46,823 bases of DNA, from positions 1 to 46,823 of the forward strand of contig JACPBB010000002.1 in assembly GCA_016180525.1 (NCBI GenBank), written 5' to 3'. Made by a program: the position numbers and the translations under genes. Origin of the DNA: Parcubacteria group bacterium (GTDB lineage Bacteria; Patescibacteriota; Minisyncoccia; Phycocordibacterales; UBA2135). Below, piece by piece: positions 9,430 to 18,136 of this stretch. How positions within the stretch are numbered: position 1 is the stretch's first letter; every line of letters begins with the position of its first letter. The notes under the pieces were generated by a model, which had not been told where the DNA came from, ran no database searches, and worked only from the letters and a program-made list of their open reading frames with translations.

Positions 9430-10440
9430 ATGGCAAAAATAAAAAAGGAAAAAGTAGAAATAAGCGGAGCACTTGACGATGCGCTCTCCGCGATAAAAAC
9501 AAAATTTGGCGAGGGTGCGATTATGAAACTTGGAGACCGCCCCAAGGTTAACATTGATGCTATCCCGACGGGCTCAATCGGACTTGACGCGGCACTCGGC
9601 GTCGGCGGACTTCCCCGTGGCAGAATTGTTGAAATTTTTGGTCCGGAATCCTCGGGAAAAACAACACTCGCTCTGCATGTCGTCGCGGAAGCTCAGAAAA
9701 AAGGTGGCGTGTGCGCTTTTATAGACGCGGAACATGCGATGGATCCGGATTATACAAAAAAATTGGGAGTTAATATACAAGATTTGCTCATTTCACAACC
9801 GGATACTGGAGAGCAGGCGCTTGAGATTACTGAGAGCCTTGTCCGCTCAGGAAAAATTGATGTTATTGTCGTTGATTCTGTCGCCGCGCTTACGCCAAAA
9901 GATGAAATTGAGGGAGAAATGGGAGCACACCATGTCGGCAAACAAGCGCGACTCATGTCACAAGCGCTTCGAAAATTGACCGCAATAGTCGCGAAGAGCA
10001 AAACTATCGTTATTTTTATAAACCAAATTAGAATGCAGATTGGGGTCATGTTTGGGAATCCAGAGACAACTCCCGGCGGAAAGGCGCTTAAATTTTACAC
10101 TTCGGTCCGCATTGATGTACGCCGTATCGCTCAAATAAAAAAAGGAGATGAGGTCATCGGCTCGCGCACGCGAGCAAAGGTGGTAAAAAATAAAGTTGCG
10201 GCTCCGTTTAGGTTTGCTGAATTTGACCTTATTTATAACGAAGGAATTTCAAGGGAGGGTGAAATACTCGCGCTTGGAGAAAAATACGGCATTATTTCAA
10301 AATCAGGCGCTTCATACAGTTTTGGAAAAGAAAAACTGGGCAGAGGATATGACGCTTCGCGGCAACTATTAAAGGAAAACGCAAAAATACGAAATGAGAT
10401 TTTGGAAGAAATTAAAAATAAATTGAAAGAAACGAGTTAA
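9430..10440 (+). CDS. recA: Recombinase RecA
   Basis: Full-length 336 aa. Walker [29 protein letters not shown] motifs. Confidence 0.97.
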   Translation: MAKIKKEKVEISGALDDALSAIKTKFGEGAIMKLGDRPKVNIDAIPTGSIGLDAALGVGGLPRGRIVEIFGPESSGKTTLALHVVAEAQKKGGVCAFIDAEHAMDPDYTKKLGVNIQDLLISQPDTGEQALEITESLVRSGKIDVIVVDSVAALTPKDEIEGEMGAHHVGKQARLMSQALRKLTAIVAKSKTIVIFINQIRMQIGVMFGNPETTPGGKALKFYTSVRIDVRRIAQIKKGDEVIGSRTRAKVVKNKVAAPFRFAEFDLIYNEGISREGEILALGEKYGIISKSGASYSFGKEKLGRGYDASRQLLKENAKIRNEILEEIKNKLKETS

Positions 10441-10446
10441 AAAGAG

Positions 10447-10492
10447 CAAAACAAAAATTCCTCCGATATTCATCGGAGGAATTTTTGTTTTG
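10447..10492. terminator. Strong bidirectional terminator between recA and the convergent membrane-protein gene
   Basis: 21-bp perfect stem (caaaacaaaaattcctccgat / atcggaggaatttttgttttg), 4-nt loop. Confidence 0.8.
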
Positions 10493-10498
10493 TATTCT

Positions 10499-10819
10499 TT
10501 AGATACCAGCAAATAGTCCTGTTGATCTGCGTCCTATAATATCTCGCGCAAGAAGGGCTACGACAACAATCATACCGAGCATTAACATCTGCACCGTAAA
10601 TTCAGTATTACGAAGCGCTGATTCAAAAAACGCGTAACTTCCAGAGAGGCCCCAGTCAGGATGCCAGTTTACAAACACATCGCGTACCGAAACATGTGCG
10701 GCAAACTGCCATACGAAAAAGAAGATAAGCGCAAATTTTATGGTTACTGCGTTAAATACCTGACGCACAAACCAAATAAAGTATACGCGGCGCATTATTC
10801 TTTTTGTTAAATCTGCCAT
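10499..10819 (-). CDS. Multi-pass membrane protein downstream of the ECF sigma gene (possible anti-sigma factor)
   Basis: First ATG at 10819 (MADLTK). Three hydrophobic helices. Positioned directly after the sigma gene. No zinc anti-sigma HxxxCxxC motif. Confidence 0.45.
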   Translation of the reverse strand: MADLTKRIMRRVYFIWFVRQVFNAVTIKFALIFFFVWQFAAHVSVRDVFVNWHPDWGLSGSYAFFESALRNTEFTVQMLMLGMIVVVALLARDIIGRRSTGLFAGI

Positions 10820-10874
10820 ATTTTTAAAACTTACAACACACAACCGACAACAAACAATAAATAGTTGAGGGTCA

Positions 10875-11453
10875 TTAGTTGTTAGTTAAATCTTTATTGA
10901 CCTTTTTAAACTCTCTTTTGGCGCGATAAATTCTTGTTTTCACAGCTGATATGGAAATTCTTTCAAGCGCGGCAATTTCTTTCTGTGGCATACCGTCAAG
11001 AAAATGAAGTTTGAGTGCTCGCCCGAGCTGTTCGGGCATCCGCGATATGATAGAGGCGACATAATCGTATGTTTCAGTATCATCTATCTTTTCCGGAAAT
11101 GCTTCATATATCTCTTTTTCAACGCGCAACAGAGCGCCATCATCTTTCTTTAACTTCTGATAGTGGGAAAAGGTTGTATTTAAAAGTATTTTATACCCCC
11201 ACGACTTAAACGAAGCCCCTTCTTGGACCTTAAAACGAGCAGCATTTAAGTATATTTTAACGAATGTCTCCTGAACAATATCCTCAACTTCTTCCCTATT
11301 GCCCAAAATACCCCTTACTTTGTTAAGAAATGGGGTTTGATATCTCTGTATCAGTATCTCAAAAACAGCTGGTTTTTTAACTGACAAAAAGAGAATCTCT
11401 TCATCTTTTTTGTCGTGAAGCGCTCCTTTTTTTTCTAGAACATCATCAAGCAT
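10875..11453 (-). CDS. ECF-type sigma-70 family RNA polymerase sigma factor
   Basis: Region 2 EDIVQETFVKIYLNAARF. Region 4 HTH MPQKEIAALERISISAVKTRIYRAKREF. Confidence 0.85.
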   Translation of the reverse strand: MLDDVLEKKGALHDKKDEEILFLSVKKPAVFEILIQRYQTPFLNKVRGILGNREEVEDIVQETFVKIYLNAARFKVQEGASFKSWGYKILLNTTFSHYQKLKKDDGALLRVEKEIYEAFPEKIDDTETYDYVASIISRMPEQLGRALKLHFLDGMPQKEIAALERISISAVKTRIYRAKREFKKVNKDLTNN

Positions 11454-11709
11454 GAATATATATTATTATATCGTAAATATAATTGGTTCGCTCAGACAAA
11501 ATGAAAATAAATTTTCATTTTGCTCCTCGCTGTCAATTATAACTCACAGATAGCATTGTATAGTATATCAGACTCTTTCCACATTCAATATGAAAAAATT
11601 TGACAAAATTTTAAACATGTTTCAGAAAACAAAATACTCTTGTATTTTGTATGAATCCGATTAAAATCCAAGACAGTATTACGTGCTACCACAAGAAGGG
11701 AGAAACCTC

Positions 11710-12204
11710 ATGATGCCAGGCTTTGCGGGAAACATTCTACGGGCAACAGTCGTGGTGTTCGCATTTACAGCCGCTGGCTGCGAGTCAATGAAGAATCTTA
11801 ACATGGGTACGCTCTTTGGCGCCGGAGCAGGCGCGGCCATTGGCTCGCAAATCGGAAGCGGTAAGGGTAATCTTGTAGCAATGGCCATCGGTACACTCGC
11901 TGGCGCATGGGTCGGCACTGAAATTGCCAACAAGCTTGATCACAGCGACAAAATGCACGCAGAGCGCGCAGCACAAACGGCACTAGAGAGAAATGATACT
12001 GGGGCGGCAACTCCATGGCAGAATCTCAAAACTGAAAGTTCTGGTACCTTTAAACCGACGAGTAATCCTAAGATGATTGACGAAAAGCGATGCCGCACCT
12101 TTATTCAAACGGTAACAATTGAAGGAAAGGAGACCGTCGCCACGGGCACAGCGTGCCAAAAAAATAAAAACGATATGTGGCGTATCGTCTCATACGATAA
12201 CTAA
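11710..12204 (+). CDS. Lipoprotein with glycine-zipper (17-kDa surface-antigen-like) domain
   Basis: Track ORF starts at GTG 11683. ATG 11710 has AAGGGAG 8 nt upstream. Lipobox FTAAGC. Glycine zipper GTLFGAGAGAAIGSQIGSGKGNLVAMAIGTLAGAWVG. C-terminal CRTF...GTACQ...WRI module. Confidence 0.6.
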   Translation: MMPGFAGNILRATVVVFAFTAAGCESMKNLNMGTLFGAGAGAAIGSQIGSGKGNLVAMAIGTLAGAWVGTEIANKLDHSDKMHAERAAQTALERNDTGAATPWQNLKTESSGTFKPTSNPKMIDEKRCRTFIQTVTIEGKETVATGTACQKNKNDMWRIVSYDN

Positions 12205-12216
12205 GCACAAACATTT

Positions 12217-12243
12217 AACACGACTCAGTTTAGAGGTCGTGTT
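12217..12243 (+). terminator. Intrinsic terminator after the glycine-zipper lipoprotein gene
   Basis: aacacgac ... gtcgtgtt, 8-bp stem followed by a T-run. Confidence 0.6.
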
Positions 12244-12381
12244 TTTTCTTTTAAAAAATGAGGTGTACACGAATTTGACATTATTATAAAAGTATTTCAA
12301 AGAAAATCTTTATCTTGTTTTTTTGAAAAATGAGACTAATATTCACATTAGAAATTAAGCCATAAAAAATGAGGCGTAGCA

Positions 12382-13002
12382 ATGCGTATGGGAACTCTGT
12401 GTGCTGTTATGATAAGCGCCGTTTTGCTCACGGGAGCATGCAGTAGTATGTCACTCCCCGGTGGAGATTTTCTCCAGCGAGAAAAGACTAAAACAAGCGA
12501 TGAGAAGTGGATTGACTTTGAGGATGCAAAGATTTCATTTGGAGACATTAAATCACATATTGATTCCGGTAAAACTGTTACGGTTCAGGACTTGGACTAT
12601 CGCGGATTTGGTCCAAATACTAAAAACGCAAACGCGTTCATTTACACGAAACTGGAAGATTTATTCATGGGCACCACTAACGACCGTTCCCGTATACCAG
12701 ATGACGTAGCGCGCTGCACTGCAAAAAAGGGAGATTGTTATGGACTTCTGAAAGAAATTTCTAATGAAAAACATCAAGGAAAAGAAAGTTTGCTTGAAAG
12801 AATTACAAGCAAAGAGGAAACAGAGATTACCGGATGGAAATTTACAGCATTATTTGCGGTTGAGAAACGCGAAAAAGAGGAAGTAGTGGTTGCGGCCTAC
12901 CTCCACGACGAAAAACCCCAAATAGCGAATGTGGAAAAAGGATCAGATGCTCGAAAATCTTTGATAGATAAAATAGGAATTCTTTCTTTGTTCGGATTTT
13001 AA
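12382..13002 (+). CDS. Hypothetical lipoprotein
   Basis: GAGG 7 nt upstream of the ATG. Signal peptide with lipobox LLTGAC. No recognisable domain. Confidence 0.65.
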   Translation: MRMGTLCAVMISAVLLTGACSSMSLPGGDFLQREKTKTSDEKWIDFEDAKISFGDIKSHIDSGKTVTVQDLDYRGFGPNTKNANAFIYTKLEDLFMGTTNDRSRIPDDVARCTAKKGDCYGLLKEISNEKHQGKESLLERITSKEETEITGWKFTALFAVEKREKEEVVVAAYLHDEKPQIANVEKGSDARKSLIDKIGILSLFGF

Positions 13003-13015
13003 TCAAGTAAAAAAC

Positions 13016-13036
13016 GAGCCCGCATTAAGTGGGCTC
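13016..13036. terminator. Bidirectional terminator between the lipoprotein gene and rpsR
   Basis: gagcccgc-attaa-gtgggctc with flanking A-run/T-run. Confidence 0.65.
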
Positions 13037-13069
13037 ATTTTTTATAATTTTTTACCATACTGCTTATAT

Positions 13070-13276
13070 TTATCGTGAAATATACGGCAACAGCCCCATG
13101 TATCGGGCACGTTTAATCGCTTCCGCTATTTTTCTCTGATTACGGGAGCTTGTGTTTGTTTTTCTCTTTGAGAGCATGCGGCCATGCGTGTTTAAAAACT
13201 TTTTTAGTATCTCCGTGTCTTTGTAATCCACACGTTTTACATATGCTCCGCTAAAATTATTGTTGTATGTGTCCAT
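13070..13276 (-). CDS. rpsR: 30S ribosomal protein S18
   Basis: 68 aa. RNQRKIAEAIKRARYMGLLPY. Lies downstream of ssb. Confidence 0.92.
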   Translation of the reverse strand: MDTYNNNFSGAYVKRVDYKDTEILKKFLNTHGRMLSKRKTNTSSRNQRKIAEAIKRARYMGLLPYISR

Positions 13277-13286
13277 GCCAAAAAAT

Positions 13287-13314
13287 AATGAATTATGTGA
13301 AATGAATAATGAAT
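13287..13314. repeat. Heptamer array AATGAAT (4 in-phase units, 1 degenerate) in the ssb-rpsR spacer
   Basis: aatgaat tatgtga aatgaat aatgaat. Confidence 0.7.
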
Positions 13315-13333
13315 ATATTTTTTACAAACCCTG

Positions 13334-13777
13334 TTAAAACGGTATATCCTCCGGATTAATATCTTCTTCGGGATATTCAATAGTGTCTAATTCTTCCTTC
13401 TTCCCGGCATTTTCACCACTATCTTTTTTAGCCAGCGCACCCCCTCCTCCTCCGCGAGGTCCAAATTGCACGCGATCCGCAACAATCTCGGTTCTATATT
13501 TCTTTACGCCATCGGGTCCATCCCAACTTCTCGTTTGAATTCTTCCTTCAATGAGCGCAGAGCTCCCTTTACGCAGGTATTGTGATACCGTCTCCGCCTG
13601 CCTGCCAAAAACAACAACGTTGTGAAAATCAACACCTTCTTGGGTTTTACCCTCCTTGTCTTTCCACACACGATTCGTCGCAATCGCAAAATTTGTAACC
13701 GGCGTACCTGAGGGTAGAGATTTTAATTCGGGATCTTTTGTTAAATTTCCGTAAATAAATGCTTTGTTTAGATACAT
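13334..13777 (-). CDS. ssb: Single-stranded DNA-binding protein
   Basis: OB-fold N-terminus, Gly-rich linker GPRGGGGGA, acidic tail EDINPEDIPF. Confidence 0.93.
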   Translation of the reverse strand: MYLNKAFIYGNLTKDPELKSLPSGTPVTNFAIATNRVWKDKEGKTQEGVDFHNVVVFGRQAETVSQYLRKGSSALIEGRIQTRSWDGPDGVKKYRTEIVADRVQFGPRGGGGGALAKKDSGENAGKKEELDTIEYPEEDINPEDIPF

Positions 13778-13803
13778 ATGTTTGGGGTTTAATTTTGTCT
13801 AAA

Positions 13804-13831
13804 CGCCTTACGCTATCCGCTAAACGCTTTA
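13804..13831. repeat. Heptamer array CGCYWWN x4 in the rpsF-ssb spacer
   Basis: cgcctta cgctatc cgctaaa cgcttta. Confidence 0.7.
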
Positions 13832-13833
13832 AA

Positions 13834-14346
13834 TTATTCTACCATTAACTCCTCAATCGTCTTGTCTAATTCCGCCTCTGAAAGTACTTTTTCTGGCTCT
13901 TTCTTTTTTTCTGAGGGCTTTTTAGTGCGAATCGGTCGTTTATCTTTAAGAAATATCATTTTCTTTAAGGGCACCGCCTTTTCTTCCGTTGTTTTAATTA
14001 AAATAAATCGAAGTATATTTTTATTGTGCCGCAACTCCTTTTCAAGCGCAACGGCATCTATTGACGGCATTTTAAATTTAATCCAACCAAAAAGCGCGGT
14101 GTCAAAATATTTCCGCTTCTCCTCAATCATTTTTGGAATAGAATACGCAAGCGTTATGGGGCGTGGCATTTGATCGGAGACAACCATCCCTTTCCTTTTT
14201 TCAACAAAATCTTTAAGTTTGCCAACTTCTTCTGGAAGAGACTCTTCCGTTAAGGTCGGCAAAAAATGATACCCCAACTCGTAGAGTTGCGGATCTGTTC
14301 CATCGTTTGTGATGTTTGCCTCTAGTTCTTTATCTGCTTCTGTCAT
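13834..14346 (-). CDS. rpsF: 30S ribosomal protein S6 with Lys/Glu-rich C-terminal extension
   Basis: ATG at 14346 (track ORF starts at TTG 14352). YELGYHFLP start typical of S6. Located upstream of ssb-rpsR. Tail KDKRPIRTKKPSEKKKEPEK. Confidence 0.8.
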   Translation of the reverse strand: MTEADKELEANITNDGTDPQLYELGYHFLPTLTEESLPEEVGKLKDFVEKRKGMVVSDQMPRPITLAYSIPKMIEEKRKYFDTALFGWIKFKMPSIDAVALEKELRHNKNILRFILIKTTEEKAVPLKKMIFLKDKRPIRTKKPSEKKKEPEKVLSEAELDKTIEELMVE

Positions 14347-14401
14347 ATTCAAGCAATGGTAGCAAAAGCAATTTTAAACGTCAACTAAAAGCATGGGCAC
14401 G

Positions 14402-15211
14402 CTAAAGAGCGAAAACACGACGAGCGTTTTCAACAAGCGCCCCGCGCACTATTCCAAAATCTTCCCCACGGATTTCTGCAATTTTTTTAACCACTTCTAT
14501 GACATACACCGGCTCGTTGCGCTCTCCTCTGTGCGGTACGGGGGCGGCGAACGGGCAGTCAGTTTCAGACATAATCATGTCAAGTGGCGCATATTTCACG
14601 ACTTCGTCATAGTCGTGCGTAAAAGTTAAAACGCCGGTGAATGAAATAGTAAAATCAAGTTCAAAATATTTTTTTGCAATCTCTTTTGTGCCAGTAAAAA
14701 AATGAATGTTGCCAAGAAGCATGTCTCCGTGTTCTTTCTTTTTTGATTTTAAAATATCAATTAAATCATCGTGCGCGCTCGCCTCGCCTCCGCCTCGGCG
14801 AAGTGGGTCGCGACAATGAATCATGAGCGGCTTATTAAGCTCTACGGCAAGAGCAATATGTGCCTCAAGTACTTCTTTTTGTTTTTGTATTTTTTCTTTT
14901 TCCGGTTTCGTGCGAAAGAAATCAAGTCCGCATTCCCCTATCGCGACTACTTTTTTATTTTTTGCCAATTCTCGGTAATAAGAAATATCAAACGATTCTT
15001 TAAATACATCGTTCGGATGAAGTCCGACTGTTGCAAATAAATAATCTTTTTCCACAACTTCCCGTATCGCCAATTCTGAACTTTTCGCATCAACGCCTAC
15101 AACAAGCACACCTACGCCTTCGTCTTCCATCCGCCCCAAAACTTCTTTTTTGTCTTTACTAAATTGCGGAAATTGAATATGCGAATGTATATCAAAATAT
15201 TTTTGAGTCAT
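14402..15211 (-). CDS. tatD: TatD-family metal-dependent hydrolase/DNase
   Basis: FDIHSHIQF, GECGLDF, MIHCRD, ETDCPF motifs. 269 aa. Confidence 0.88.
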   Translation of the reverse strand: MTQKYFDIHSHIQFPQFSKDKKEVLGRMEDEGVGVLVVGVDAKSSELAIREVVEKDYLFATVGLHPNDVFKESFDISYYRELAKNKKVVAIGECGLDFFRTKPEKEKIQKQKEVLEAHIALAVELNKPLMIHCRDPLRRGGGEASAHDDLIDILKSKKKEHGDMLLGNIHFFTGTKEIAKKYFELDFTISFTGVLTFTHDYDEVVKYAPLDMIMSETDCPFAAPVPHRGERNEPVYVIEVVKKIAEIRGEDFGIVRGALVENARRVFAL

Positions 15212-15232
15212 GTTCTTAATACTATATCAAAA

Positions 15233-15253
15233 AAGCCCTCACGAGGAGGGCTT
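15233..15253 (-). terminator. Terminator after higA
   Basis: aagccctc-acgag-gagggctt, followed on the minus strand by a T-run. Confidence 0.6.
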
Positions 15254-15258
15254 CAAAA

Positions 15259-15570
15259 CTATACTATGCGCCTTATTGGCTTAATTTTTGCAATCTGTTT
15301 TTCCAAGTGCCGCGAAGCAATGATGAGATCTCGACCACTCTGCAAATTCATCCAAAGCTCTGCAGTAGTGCCAAAAAACCTGCTCAAACGAACAGCAAGG
15401 GGGGCGGTGATACGAGCCCGCTCATTCACAATGGTGCTTAGGTGTTTTCTGGAAATTCCGAGAATGCGTGCCAACTTTATTACGGATAATTTGTAGGGCT
15501 TCATAAACTCTTCACGAAGAATCTCGCCAGGATGAGTGGGTACTCGCCTTCTCTGTAATCTCGTAGACAT
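15259..15570 (-). CDS. higA: HigA-type (XRE-family HTH) antitoxin, no cognate toxin gene adjacent
   Basis: PGEILREEFMKPYKLSVIKLARILGISRKHLSTIVNERARITAPLAVRLSRFFGTTAELWMNLQ. GGGAGA SD 7 nt upstream of the ATG. Confidence 0.8.
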   Translation of the reverse strand: MSTRLQRRRVPTHPGEILREEFMKPYKLSVIKLARILGISRKHLSTIVNERARITAPLAVRLSRFFGTTAELWMNLQSGRDLIIASRHLEKQIAKIKPIRRIV

Positions 15571-15601
15571 ATCGCAATCTCCCGTTTGTCGTAAAAACTA
15601 G

Positions 15602-15634
15602 AAAATAGTATATACTATTTTAAAATAAAGTCAA
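15602..15634 (-). promoter_or_regulatory. higA promoter with overlapping perfect 20-bp palindromic operator
   Basis: Minus strand TTGACT (15634..15629)-N16-TATACT (15612..15607). Palindrome aaaatagtatatactatttt at 15602..15621 covers the -10. Confidence 0.55.
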
Positions 15635-15642
15635 CCCCATAT

Positions 15643-15663
15643 GTTGGATATCGGATGTCCAAC
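15643..15663 (-). terminator. Hairpin after the 819-aa gene (weak terminator candidate, no T-run)
   Basis: gttggatat-cgg-atgtccaac, 9-bp stem including one G-U pair. Confidence 0.35.
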
Positions 15664-15674
15664 AATTGAACAGT

Positions 15675-18134
15675 TTAGCGGGCACGGGCCTGCGTGACGC
15701 CGGAGCCGCCAAAAGGATTTTCCGCGAAGGCAGCAAAAATAAAGGTGTCTGAAGCGTTAAACTGTGTGTCAGAAGACCTTATCTTGAAGCCGTTGGACAG
15801 AAAATCAACGTGGTAATTCGTGCTGGTTGCCTCTGCATTGTCTAGGTCAGGCCACAATATTGTGTCCAAAGGATTATAAGTATCTCGCGCTACGTCTAAC
15901 AGACCCCAAGAACCAAGTGCGCCAGTGCGTTTGGTGATGATTATAGCAGGCCTGAATCCGCACCAAACGAAAGGGCCGTCAGCCGAGCCATTTCCAGTAT
16001 ATTTTCCTATTTTTGAAAACCCAGAAACTTCTGCGAAGCAATACATCACATAATTCTTTGTACTTTGGTTCACGCCCGCCCTAGTTCCAAGCGATACCAC
16101 ACTAGAGGAAGGGTCTGTGCTATTCCAGACATCTGATGCTGCGGAAACTTCTGCAGAATTGCTATGAAGATGTAAATTATAGGTATTATTTGTCATGTTC
16201 GTGTGAAAGACAAACCATCCTTCAAGCGCATCAGCACGCTGCTTCACTAATACGAATTTAGGGGCCGCACCAATCCCGTGTCCAACAGTTCCGTTAGCGC
16301 CAGTACCTGTATAAGTAACAATTGAAAATCCCGAAGTTGTGTTTGCGCTAACTGTTGAAGTAATTGAGCCGCTTGTGTTGCTTGAACCACTCCCATTACC
16401 CCTCCAACACCATGCAACGTTAGGGCTGTTCGCAGCATTGTAATTGCTGTCTGTTCCCAATGTGAATCCAGAAGAGTCAAAACTTTTAAGGCCCTCTGCT
16501 ACCGTTGATTCATTGTTTGCACTGTCTGAATTAAGTTCAAGGGTTGCGCCTCTTACACTATCAACCAAAACATGCTCAACTATTGTGTCTCTGTCTTTAA
16601 TCCATACAATGTCTGGCTGGAATGTTGAATTCCCCGAGAGCGTAATTGCGTTTTCAGCGCCGGTTCCCGTGAATATTTGCGCCTGGAAATGTTTACTTGG
16701 GTCTGTGACTGTAGGCGCTGGGAGATTTGCCGTATTAATGCGTTTAAAGCCTGTTGGGATTGTATGGACAAAAGCGCTTTGACCGAAATTCCATGTCCAC
16801 TTAGCGCCACTTTCAAGAAACATGCAGAAAAAATAAGACAATGTGGTTGAAAGAGTCGTATATGCGGCATTTGTGCCTACTGCTGGATCACCACTATTGA
16901 ACCATGTGCCATTTTTCCCCCACCAAATTTTTCCATTGTCCAAATCAACAGCAATCATCATCACGTCGTTGGTGGTAAAAGAACTGCCATAAGAAGCGCT
17001 TGAATTATTGTTGAGTTTGTTCCCGTCAGCCCATGTAAGCGCAAAATCTGTCGAGCGAAAACCCACACTGTTCTCAGTCGTGTCCCATAAATGGCTACTG
17101 TTTTCCTGGACAACACCTATGGCTCCACTTGAACCCGTTGTCGTAAAAGTTGTCTCGCAATACCACTTTCCACCAGGGCCGATTGCCCTTGAGGTCATAG
17201 GTCCCGCATGAGCTGCGGCTGGCGCATGAGTCACTACCAGCCCTCCATCAGAAATTGTAGCCGTGTTGTCTGCGTCTCCACCCCTCTGCAAAGAATCAAA
17301 TACCATGTAGTTTCCTACATTGTTCGCCGCGTCGTCAGTCGGACTATCAAGCATCTTGTCGTTTGCCGCAAGACCGCTCGGCGTGAAGTCATTGTTGTTT
17401 CCGCTGACGTCGTTGCCGAGGTCCGCGCTGTTGGCAAAGTCAAGATAAAAGCCGTTCGTGCCGTATGATCCTGTGTACTGCTTTGGTCTCCAGACTCCAT
17501 TACCGTCAAACTCACCGATGTCAGTCGGGCTTAAGGCAATACCATCTGTAAAAATAAACTCGGCCATATACATATCACAGAAAAAAGTTGAGCCGCTTGG
17601 TTCATTTCTCCATCGTCCAATAGATTGCGTTTTCCCTGACCTATTAAACCCTCCGATTTCTGTGTTTTGGCTTGGATAAGTCTCGGTGTCGAAGACGGTT
17701 ATTCTTGTACCGTTGTGATACACCCTCATTCTGTCTCCTTCCGTCGCGTTTGCGGAATCCCAAACAAAAAGAAGATGCCCCCAGGCACCAGGATCTCTAA
17801 AAACTTGTGTCGTAACTAACCTGCCGACTGTTGTAATACCAGTATCCCTTAATCCAATGTCTAATTTATGAGATGTATTTATACCTATCTCAGAAACAGT
17901 ATTTTGAGTAGAGTTTGCTGGCGCAGTTATAATATAATCTCCTGAACTCGGCGCCAAACTTGCTCTCTTGTACCAAATACTAAATGAAAAAAGTTTTAAA
18001 TTGCCGTCTGCCGAAGGAGATCGTGTCAGGTGCGCGCTGTCATCGTCGTTGAATCTCAAAGATTGCGAAATTGTGTAGCCATTGCTTCCGGCAGCGCCTA
18101 AAAGAGATCTAAACGACGTTCCAAGTGGAGACAT
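15675..18134 (-). CDS. LamG(ConA-like) + SPRY + 3x ~100-aa repeat protein, phage tail-fibre-like, no signal peptide
   Basis: LFSFSIWYKR, GHLLFVWDS, MRVYHNGT, MYMAEFIF (LamG-like). GKWYCETTF, VMMIAVDLDNGKIWWGKNG, WNFGQSAF (SPRY-like). Three repeats: IFTGTGAEN..IVWIKDRD, TYTGTGANG..FVLVKQRAD, KYTGNGSADG..IIITKRTG. Confidence 0.65.
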   Translation of the reverse strand: MSPLGTSFRSLLGAAGSNGYTISQSLRFNDDDSAHLTRSPSADGNLKLFSFSIWYKRASLAPSSGDYIITAPANSTQNTVSEIGINTSHKLDIGLRDTGITTVGRLVTTQVFRDPGAWGHLLFVWDSANATEGDRMRVYHNGTRITVFDTETYPSQNTEIGGFNRSGKTQSIGRWRNEPSGSTFFCDMYMAEFIFTDGIALSPTDIGEFDGNGVWRPKQYTGSYGTNGFYLDFANSADLGNDVSGNNNDFTPSGLAANDKMLDSPTDDAANNVGNYMVFDSLQRGGDADNTATISDGGLVVTHAPAAAHAGPMTSRAIGPGGKWYCETTFTTTGSSGAIGVVQENSSHLWDTTENSVGFRSTDFALTWADGNKLNNNSSASYGSSFTTNDVMMIAVDLDNGKIWWGKNGTWFNSGDPAVGTNAAYTTLSTTLSYFFCMFLESGAKWTWNFGQSAFVHTIPTGFKRINTANLPAPTVTDPSKHFQAQIFTGTGAENAITLSGNSTFQPDIVWIKDRDTIVEHVLVDSVRGATLELNSDSANNESTVAEGLKSFDSSGFTLGTDSNYNAANSPNVAWCWRGNGSGSSNTSGSITSTVSANTTSGFSIVTYTGTGANGTVGHGIGAAPKFVLVKQRADALEGWFVFHTNMTNNTYNLHLHSNSAEVSAASDVWNSTDPSSSVVSLGTRAGVNQSTKNYVMYCFAEVSGFSKIGKYTGNGSADGPFVWCGFRPAIIITKRTGALGSWGLLDVARDTYNPLDTILWPDLDNAEATSTNYHVDFLSNGFKIRSSDTQFNASDTFIFAAFAENPFGGSGVTQARAR

Positions 18135-18136
18135 AA

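Noticed and set aside
11679-12016. Three minus-strand ORFs opposite the glycine-zipper lipoprotein gene
   Set aside because: This is the mirror image of a Gly/Ala-rich coding region. The plus-strand gene has an SD, a lipobox and family motifs.
13070-14346. Absence of rplI (L9) after rpsF-ssb-rpsR as a lineage marker
   Set aside because: Operon composition varies widely among bacteria. A single locus cannot show that the gene is missing from the genome.
15571-15674. Looked for a higB toxin gene upstream of higA
   Set aside because: Only 104 nt are available, with no ORF in any frame. The space is occupied by a promoter/operator and a hairpin.
16247-17679. Antisense and out-of-frame ORFs within the 819-aa fibre-like gene (16247..16480, 16444..16782, 16580..16870, 17008..17679)
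   Set aside because: They are embedded in a long ORF with recognisable LamG/SPRY/repeat architecture. No independent signals.
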